From an uncultured Candidatus Bathyarchaeia archaeon (GTDB lineage: Archaea; Thermoproteota; Bathyarchaeia; Bathyarchaeales; Bathyarchaeaceae): a stretch of DNA of 64,000 bases. The notes beneath the pieces were generated by a model, which was not told the origin of the DNA, searched no databases, and saw nothing but the letters and a program-made list of their open reading frames with translations. Positions 57,358 through 64,000 of the stretch are shown piece after piece. The DNA lies in the NCBI GenBank assembly GCA_964618695.1, contig CAZUDX010000004.1, positions 162,736 to 226,735 on the forward strand, read 5' to 3'. Within the stretch, counting starts at the first letter, position 1. Each line of letters begins with the position of its first letter. A program made the translations under genes and the position numbers.

Positions 57358-58124
57358 GCGGCACTTCTTCGGTAATCTCTCAACTTCTGTATGTCCAAAT
57401 CAGCAGAGATAATCTTGGTATTTATTTCATCCTTAGCTTGGTTCAGGATTCCCCATGGAGAGATTATTGCGCTGTTGCCGCCTCTAGAGTTTGATCTGGT
57501 GTTGCCGTTCTTCAAGATGAAAACCTTGTTGTCCTTCGCTCTCTTTGTGGTGAGAGGGTGCCCCTGAACATGTGGATGAGTCCTCGACGCCGACACGGGC
57601 AAAAAAATAAGTTCAGCACCGAGAGATGCCAATCTTTTAACGGTTCGTGGGTAAAAAACGTCAGCGCATATCAGAATTCCAGCCTTGCAAAGTTCGGTTT
57701 CAAAGACTCGAAAAGTACGTCCAACGTTAAGTCCTGCCTTTTTCTCCCATTCTGTGAGATGCATCTTCCGGTATTTCCCCAGTATTTTTCCGTCTTTGAG
57801 AAAGAGACAGGTGTTGTAAATTTTTCCCCTGAACTTCTGGAAGAGGGTGCCTCCAACGATGTAGGCGTTAACTTCTTTTGAAACTCGCTTCAGAAGCTGC
57901 ACAGTGAGGTCGTGGGTCTCTTTAACTATCTTGTCAATGTGCTTGTTGTCGTCTAGGCTAGCTGGCATAGAAAAGTACTCTGGGAGACAGATGAATTGGG
58001 AGCCAGCATCAGCCGCCTTATACAGCATTTGTTCTGCAGTCTCCAGGTTCTTCTGCGATGAGTCGCTGATTTGCATGTGTATCAAACTGACTTTCATAGG
58101 TTTCCACTGTTCGGCTTTTGTCAT
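57354..58124 (-). CDS. Carbon-nitrogen hydrolase (nitrilase/amidase family)
   Basis: E-K-C triad in LPEYF, YRKMHL and ICAD. Confidence 0.9.
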   Translation of the reverse strand: MTKAEQWKPMKVSLIHMQISDSSQKNLETAEQMLYKAADAGSQFICLPEYFSMPASLDDNKHIDKIVKETHDLTVQLLKRVSKEVNAYIVGGTLFQKFRGKIYNTCLFLKDGKILGKYRKMHLTEWEKKAGLNVGRTFRVFETELCKAGILICADVFYPRTVKRLASLGAELIFLPVSASRTHPHVQGHPLTTKRAKDNKVFILKNGNTRSNSRGGNSAIISPWGILNQAKDEINTKIISADLDIQKLRDYRRSAA

Positions 58125-58352
58125 ATTGCCCTGTTGAGGTTGCTAATAAACCTTAACGAGTTGAAAATAGTTTCAAATCAAATTAAGGCGATCTATACGA
58201 AAATTACTATTTTTGGTTTAACGTTTTTTCGCCAAAAATCTGGAAGCATCTTACTCTGCCACGACAAGTTGTTCGCCAAATGCGCTTTGCCATCGTTAGT
58301 GATGCAAAATTTTTTAACCACTAACGAACGATTAGGCTAGAGAGGTTTTGTT

Positions 58353-59036
58353 ATGTCGTCGAAATCGACTGAAGCCTTGTCGAATGGTGTTGATACTTCA
58401 ACAAAAAATCCACTATTGTTTGTTCCAGCGCTTGTACCCATTCTTATTCAGCTAGTATTCCTGTTCTTAGCATATGTAGTCTTTCCAACTCGATACGGTT
58501 TTGTCCCATTCGGTATTGCAGTGGTAGGTCCAAATGTATTGCTGATCTGGGGAGGTTATTTCATAGCAGCCTTACTTGGATTCATTGCTAGCTGCATGAT
58601 TGTTGATATGGCTAATGACAAAATCAACGGTAACCCAATGGACTTGAACAAAAGTCTGAATGTTGTAACTAGCAGATTGGAAAGTTTGATTCTAGCCGCA
58701 ATCATTTCTGCCGTGTGCTTCATCACATTTTTCCTAATTCCCATTGCATTATTTCTCATCACAATTGCCATAATAGAAAAAACTGATGCTATCGAAAGCA
58801 CAAGAAGATCGTTTGACTTTGTTCTCAAAAACTTGGAAGAAGTCATCATTTTCATGGTTATCGTGATTGTTGCTTGGATCGTTCTGAACATCGGTTTCTC
58901 ATTTATTCCAATCATCGGCGCATACACTGGCGCAGTAATCAGCTGGCTACTAAACGTTGTTCTAACCGTCTCATCAGTGCACTTCTATCTCTCTCTGAAA
59001 CCATCAACGCCTCCGCCCCCACCCCAAAGCGCGTAA
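58353..59036 (+). CDS. Hypothetical multi-pass membrane protein
   Basis: Five to six TMs, AIES..RSF motif, Pro-rich tail. Confidence 0.75.
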   Translation: MSSKSTEALSNGVDTSTKNPLLFVPALVPILIQLVFLFLAYVVFPTRYGFVPFGIAVVGPNVLLIWGGYFIAALLGFIASCMIVDMANDKINGNPMDLNKSLNVVTSRLESLILAAIISAVCFITFFLIPIALFLITIAIIEKTDAIESTRRSFDFVLKNLEEVIIFMVIVIVAWIVLNIGFSFIPIIGAYTGAVISWLLNVVLTVSSVHFYLSLKPSTPPPPPQSA

Positions 59037-59343
59037 TCTATTGCGCGCTATCGATTTTTTTCACGTCATACTCGTAGAACTAAACTCACAAACCCCAACA
59101 GTTTTTGCCTTTTCTCAAGTTTGCTACAGGGATTGGATTTTCAAAACTATTTAAATTGCTGTTTGAAGATCGCTCGTCGCCTTCAACCAGCTTCTTAGCT
59201 TCTTTTACTGAGGATGCTGTTTCACATACGCAATTTCCGGTTTAAAAATCCCATAGATTTAAGTTTAAACGTAAAGGTCAATTTAGGTTATTCCACAACT
59301 AATTTTGGCAAATGAGATTTGTCCACCCAGTTAATCAGTCACA

Positions 59344-60384
59344 TTATTTGGTTTCAATATTCTGACCGTTTGCACTTGTAGCTTCAGCTCGGTCAATGGC
59401 GACCTCTGCAATTTCGGCAGAATGTTGATTTATCCGTTTTAGACAGTCAATAAGCAAGTAAGCGTGTGATAGAACAAGACTGGAAATTTTTGATCTTTCT
59501 GCCTCTCTACAAAATTTCCATAATTCTTCAAGGTTTAGGTCACTAGCGGGCATATTGTCCAATGTTTTGTTTGCTAAGTGTATATCCTTGGATAAAAGTG
59601 CTTGAACTGAATTGTTGAATGAGCGTTTTATTGTAACACTTACTTGATAAAGGGGCTCTGAAATCTGCTTCGGAAGGTCCTGTTTATTCAGTGCCATAAC
59701 ACTTTCTGCGATGTTATTCACGTTGCAAGAGACTTCAGAGATTATGTGAAGAATCTGAAGATAGTCGACGCAATCGATCAAAGTTAGTTTCTCATGGTTT
59801 TCTGGTGTTGGGAATAGCAGAAAGCTCCGAAGTAAGCGATTGGTAACTAGTGAAAGTCGTCTAATGTCGTGCATTCTTCTAGAGAGACCCGGGATAAGAT
59901 CTGCATTTTGTTCTCTTAGTGCAGAAACAGTTTCTTTGAACAATGATGATATCACGTTATGAATCCGCTGGATTGTTTTGTCTACTTCTAAGGTTCGTTT
60001 TAGCAAACACTGTATCGTCATAGCGTCTCCGGAAATCTCGATGATTTCCAAACCGAACAGATGATTAACTGTGTCTCTAATGCTTTCTTGTTGTTCCTCA
60101 GAGATTCTTTCTTTTGCTTTCAGTTTTATTATGTCAAAACCGTCCACGTATGCAGCTACAATTTCCCGTTTGAGGGAATGAATTGAATCTTTGTTTTTGA
60201 TTGTTAGGGTGATTTCTCTTGGCTTTTCTTTTGTGTTGGCTAGGCAGATGCACAAAGAATTGTCTGGTTGTGGAATTAATATGACTTTGTCGCCTTGTTT
60301 CATCTTCATGGTGGTTGTCCAAGATTTGGGAATAGAAACGTAAATGGTGTTGCCGATTTTTTGGAGCTTTCGTGTTTCGGACAT
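59344..60384 (-). CDS. AbrB-PhoU family regulator
   Basis: ETRKLQKIG....VSIPKSW (AbrB), AAYVDGFD, GLEIIE, and two PhoU-like helical repeats. Confidence 0.88.
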   Translation of the reverse strand: MSETRKLQKIGNTIYVSIPKSWTTTMKMKQGDKVILIPQPDNSLCICLANTKEKPREITLTIKNKDSIHSLKREIVAAYVDGFDIIKLKAKERISEEQQESIRDTVNHLFGLEIIEISGDAMTIQCLLKRTLEVDKTIQRIHNVISSLFKETVSALREQNADLIPGLSRRMHDIRRLSLVTNRLLRSFLLFPTPENHEKLTLIDCVDYLQILHIISEVSCNVNNIAESVMALNKQDLPKQISEPLYQVSVTIKRSFNNSVQALLSKDIHLANKTLDNMPASDLNLEELWKFCREAERSKISSLVLSHAYLLIDCLKRINQHSAEIAEVAIDRAEATSANGQNIETK

Positions 60385-60801
60385 GATAACATCACCAAGA
60401 TTAAACTTATTTAACCAGATTTAATTATTTATGTTGAATATAAAAAATTATGGGAAAACTTTATACATATCGGGTTAGCGCTTCATCCCAAAGAGGAATA
60501 GTGAATATGGATGCTGGAAAACTGTTTGTTGCTTTGCCAATTGCCTTTTTTTGGGTATTTATCAGGCATCTAAAACGTGAATCTGGATTCTGGGCTAACA
60601 ACCTGAGCATAAATTTAAAACCTGTAAAAAAGAAAGCAGAAGTGGTAAAACAGATATGAATGCGAGTCCATTCTCGAACGCTTCAATAATGGCTATGCAA
60701 CTTCTTGTGCCGTCGGCTTTACTTTATGCTACATCAGGAACTTTCGGACTTACTGACTTGTGTGCGTTCTGTCATCTTCGCGGAATCGTTTTTGAGGGAC
60801 A

Positions 60802-61143
60802 GTGGGAAGGTGGATACGCTTGCTGATTGAGTCCATTATCGCCTTTGTGCTTATCCTATTTATCTCAGTAGTGATTTACGTTGTAACCAAACGTTTAGTC
60901 CCCAAAACTCTGTCTAGTGAAGCAAAAAGTTCAATGTATGCATGTGGAGAAAAAGTGGTCTCAAAAAGGCTACTAGTCAATGTTACTCTCTACAAATATC
61001 TGATATTTTTCGTCATAATAGACTCTCCTGCATTGATACTGGCATTTGCGGCTTTAGCCCTACACATGATAAACCCCCTCACTTTGCTAATCTATTTGGG
61101 CATCATTCTAGCAGCAGACATGTTGCTTCTGGGAGGTCTCTAA
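60802..61143 (+). CDS. NuoA-like membrane subunit of energy-converting hydrogenase
   Basis: K.SMYACGE...Y.YLIFFVIID; first gene of the operon. Confidence 0.78.
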   Translation: MGRWIRLLIESIIAFVLILFISVVIYVVTKRLVPKTLSSEAKSSMYACGEKVVSKRLLVNVTLYKYLIFFVIIDSPALILAFAALALHMINPLTLLIYLGIILAADMLLLGGL

Positions 61144-61145
61144 AG

Positions 61146-61574
61146 ATGCCCGACCTAGGTTTGCTGAAATGGGCTAGAACAAAATCGCCTTGGCTGCTTC
61201 ACTTCAACACAGGAGCATGCAACGGATGCGACATCGAAGTTGTTGCTCTCCTGACGCCCCGATATGATGTGGAACGTTTCGGCATGAAACTTGAGCCCTC
61301 GCCTAGGCACGCGGATGTTCTTGTTGTAACTGGAGTTGTTACTAAGCAGTGTGCACCACGGCTTAAGATGATATATCAGCAGATGCCCTCACCAAAATTT
61401 GTCGTAGCCGTAGGAGCCTGCGCATGTTCTGGCGGAATATTTCAGGGATGTTACGGCTTGAGTAAGCGGCTTGATGAAATAATTCCGGTAGACGTATATA
61501 TTCCTGGTTGCTCTCCAAAACCAGAAGCGATAGTGCAGGGTGTTGCGAAATTACTTGGAAAACTGAAGGGATAA
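61146..61574 (+). CDS. Group 4 [NiFe]-hydrogenase small subunit (NuoB-like)
   Basis: GACNGCDIE, SPRHADVL, VGACA.SGG, IPGC.PKP; start at ATG 61146. Confidence 0.92.
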   Translation: MPDLGLLKWARTKSPWLLHFNTGACNGCDIEVVALLTPRYDVERFGMKLEPSPRHADVLVVTGVVTKQCAPRLKMIYQQMPSPKFVVAVGACACSGGIFQGCYGLSKRLDEIIPVDVYIPGCSPKPEAIVQGVAKLLGKLKG

Positions 61575-61580
61575 CATACT

Positions 61581-63254
61581 ATGAACAAGTTCGAAAATGC
61601 TGTAGAAGTTCTCAAAAATAACTTGGCTGACGCAATTGTAGAGCTAAAGGTACCTAGAGCAAGGAAAGCCTACATTCTTCTTAAGCCTGAACGTCACAGA
61701 GACGCAATCTCTTTGCTCCTGAAACAGGTTGAGGACATCGAGCTTACGACAATATCTGGAGTGGATTTGGGAAACGAGATAGAGCTAAATTATCATATGG
61801 CTTGTGAGGGAACAGTAACCCTCAAGAATCGGGTTTCCCGAGAAAAACCTGTTACTCAAACGATTACTGACATCTTGCCCGGCGCGAATTTATATGAGAG
61901 GGAGGTCTTCGACCTTTTAGGAGTTGCTTTTAAGGGGCATCCTAACCTAGAAAGGTTGTTGCTTCCCGACAACTGGCCTCAAGGCAGCTTTCCTCTTAGA
62001 AAGGATTGGAAGCCTCCTGTTAATCAAGAAATCGGTTTCAGTTCTGAGGAACCTTTGCAAACTGAGACAGCGGAAGGTGATGCTGGGTCGATAGTTAATG
62101 TTGTTGTGGGTCCTCAGCATCCGGTTTTGCATGAGCCCGAAAGGTTCTCTTTCAAGGTTGATGGGGAGACCGTTGTGGATGTTAAGCCGCGTCTTGGGTA
62201 TGTTCATAGGGGTATTGAGAAAGCGGCTGAGCGTATGATGTATTTCCAAGACGTGTTTCTGGTGGAGAGAATCTGCGGTATCTGTAATGCTGCGCACACA
62301 ACCGTTTTCTGTCAAGCTGTTGAAGACATAGGAGACATTGAGACTCCGCCCCGTGCTCTATACTTGCGCACCATAATACATGAACTAAACAGGATTCACA
62401 GTCACCTCTTGCTTCTTGGAGTTGGCGGTCACCTGCTTGGTTTTGAAGCATTATTTCAGCATGTGTGGCGTGACCGGGAGCCAGTAATGGATATAGTTGA
62501 ACGAATCACGGGCAACAGGTTGATGAGCGGTTTTAACACAATTGGCGGAGTAAGACGTGATATAGACCCAAGCACAGTCGAGAAGACCCTGAAGACTGTT
62601 AAAGCGGTTAGGAAACGGGTTGTTTTCTACAAGAATGTGTTCGAGGAAGACGCCACATTGAGGCTTAGAACCGAAGGGATCGGCGTGTTAAGCAGGGCTG
62701 ACGCTTTGAAGTTATGTGTTGTCGGTCCGGTTTTGAGGGGTTCAGGGGTTGCTTCTGATGTCCGAAAAGATGACCCTTACGCGGCGTATGAAGAAATTCC
62801 GTTCAATGTTATAAGCTATAGTGAGTGTGACACGTGGGCTCGGCTGATGGTCAGAGCTGAAGAAGTGCTAGAAAGCTTAGACATAATAGACTATGCGCTC
62901 AGTCACCTTCCCGGTGGACGTTTGCGGGTTAGGGTTCAACGAAAAATACCTGAAGGCGAAGCCGTTAGCCGCGTTGAGGCTCCGAGAGGCGAGCTTATAC
63001 ATTATGCCAAAAGTGATGGAACAGCGTATCCTTACCGAGTTAAGGTCAGATCTCCCACACTAGCGAACCTTATGGCTTTTCCAGACATCATCCGAGGCGC
63101 ATACATCGCTGACATTCCCTCAGTGCTGGGAAGCCTAGACCCCTGCTTCTCTTGCACTGACCGCATGGCATTCATTGACACCAAAAATGGTCAGAACTGG
63201 CACTGGAGCCTTGACGACATAAACAATTACAAAAACAGGAAGGCGCTGATCTAG
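61581..63254 (+). CDS. Group 4 [NiFe]-hydrogenase large subunit with fused NuoC-like domain
   Basis: ERE..DL.G..F.GHP..PLRKD (NuoC-like); GPQHP, HRGIEK, L1 ERICGIC and L2 DPCFSCTDR. Confidence 0.92.
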   Translation: MNKFENAVEVLKNNLADAIVELKVPRARKAYILLKPERHRDAISLLLKQVEDIELTTISGVDLGNEIELNYHMACEGTVTLKNRVSREKPVTQTITDILPGANLYEREVFDLLGVAFKGHPNLERLLLPDNWPQGSFPLRKDWKPPVNQEIGFSSEEPLQTETAEGDAGSIVNVVVGPQHPVLHEPERFSFKVDGETVVDVKPRLGYVHRGIEKAAERMMYFQDVFLVERICGICNAAHTTVFCQAVEDIGDIETPPRALYLRTIIHELNRIHSHLLLLGVGGHLLGFEALFQHVWRDREPVMDIVERITGNRLMSGFNTIGGVRRDIDPSTVEKTLKTVKAVRKRVVFYKNVFEEDATLRLRTEGIGVLSRADALKLCVVGPVLRGSGVASDVRKDDPYAAYEEIPFNVISYSECDTWARLMVRAEEVLESLDIIDYALSHLPGGRLRVRVQRKIPEGEAVSRVEAPRGELIHYAKSDGTAYPYRVKVRSPTLANLMAFPDIIRGAYIADIPSVLGSLDPCFSCTDRMAFIDTKNGQNWHWSLDDINNYKNRKALI

Positions 63255-63255
63255 G

Positions 63256-64000
63256 ATGGCTATTGATTTACTCTTTTTTGTAAGGACGCTGGTGTTTCCG
63301 GGTTTCCTCTTTCTTTTGGCACTTGTTCTCTTTTTTGACTGGTTTGAAAGAAAAGTTGCCGCCAGATTTCAGAACCGTATGGGTCCCTCCTATGCGGGTC
63401 CTTTTGGCATTCTGCAACCCATCGCCGATTACATAAAACTGTTTTCAAAAGAAGACATCACCCCAAAGCAGACCAACAAGCTGCTGTTTGTGGCTGCTCC
63501 ACTTCTTGCGTTTTCGCTTTTTGTTTTCGCTCTTTTCTATCTCCCGATTGATGGCTCAAACGTGATTTTGGGTTCAAGTTTCGAGGGGGATTTGCTTCTG
63601 GTTTTGCTTCTGGTGACTCTTGCCAACTTTGGCATTTTTCTTTCTGGCTGGGCTTCTTTGAATCCATACAGCGGGATCGGTGCAACCCGAGTTCTAACCC
63701 AGTTTCTTGGATATGATATTCCTCTTATTCTTCTTGCAATTGGTCCCGCTTTTCTTGCAAGAAGCTTGTCTATTGTGAATATTACGGCGAGCCAAACTAT
63801 TCCGTTTATTCTTCTGATTCCTTGGTCTTGTGCCTTGTTTGTTCTGGTTCTGCAGGCTGAATTAGAGAAAGACCCCTTTGACATTCCCCATGCGGAAACC
63901 GAAATTGTAGGCGGCTACGAAACAGAGTACAGCGGAAGAAAATTGGCTTTCATAAAGCTTTCAGAAGATTTCCAGTTCTTGATTGGCGCTGCCCTTGTAA
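63256..64000 (+). CDS. NuoH-like membrane subunit, 3'-truncated by window edge
   Basis: Manual translation: ERKVAARFQNRMGP...GILQPIADYIKLFSKE...AELEKDPFDIPHAETEIVGGYETEYSG. Confidence 0.92.
   Translation, partial: MAIDLLFFVRTLVFPGFLFLLALVLFFDWFERKVAARFQNRMGPSYAGPFGILQPIADYIKLFSKEDITPKQTNKLLFVAAPLLAFSLFVFALFYLPIDGSNVILGSSFEGDLLLVLLLVTLANFGIFLSGWASLNPYSGIGATRVLTQFLGYDIPLILLAIGPAFLARSLSIVNITASQTIPFILLIPWSCALFVLVLQAELEKDPFDIPHAETEIVGGYETEYSGRKLAFIKLSEDFQFLIGAALV

Noticed and set aside
1-64000. CRISPR arrays, rRNA genes, intact transposases
   Set aside because: None seen on reading both strands.

Overview
Archaeal chromosome segment, most likely Bathyarchaeia (inferred from gene content: L40e, Alba, Pth2, Dph5/Dph6, RibK/RibL, a BHB-intron tRNA, PEF-CTERM-like surface proteins, frequent TTG/GTG starts). 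A housekeeping backbone (ilvH/ilvC, rpl40e, albA, aspS, truD, pth2, trm5, glmS) is interrupted by a ~6 kb AT-rich island (8406-14475). The island sits in the 3' end of a zinc-finger gene and is bounded by 24-bp direct repeats. It carries a broken tyrosine integrase, PadR/MinD/HTH genes, a degenerate polyprenyl-synthetase-like enzyme next to a 73-aa peptide with a near-C-terminal Trp, an MFS transporter and an AsnRS paralog lacking the anticodon domain. The best candidate for a new system is this cargo, which resembles a Bacillus ComQ/ComX-type prenylated-peptide signalling cassette in an archaeon. Other highlights: a pseudoknotted, SD-sequestering leader upstream of queT (candidate archaeal riboswitch); a corrinoid salvage/methyl-transfer region (btuFCD, cobS, two cbiZ, a cobN relic, corrinoid protein, MtrH-like methyltransferase, three unexplained Cys-rich TIM-barrel paralogs); heliorhodopsin plus fasciclin; twin radical SAM/SPASM genes with homogenised 3' ends; apparent ACG/CTG starts; and the start of a group 4 [NiFe]-hydrogenase operon. 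All family calls come from motif recognition by eye; no searches were run.
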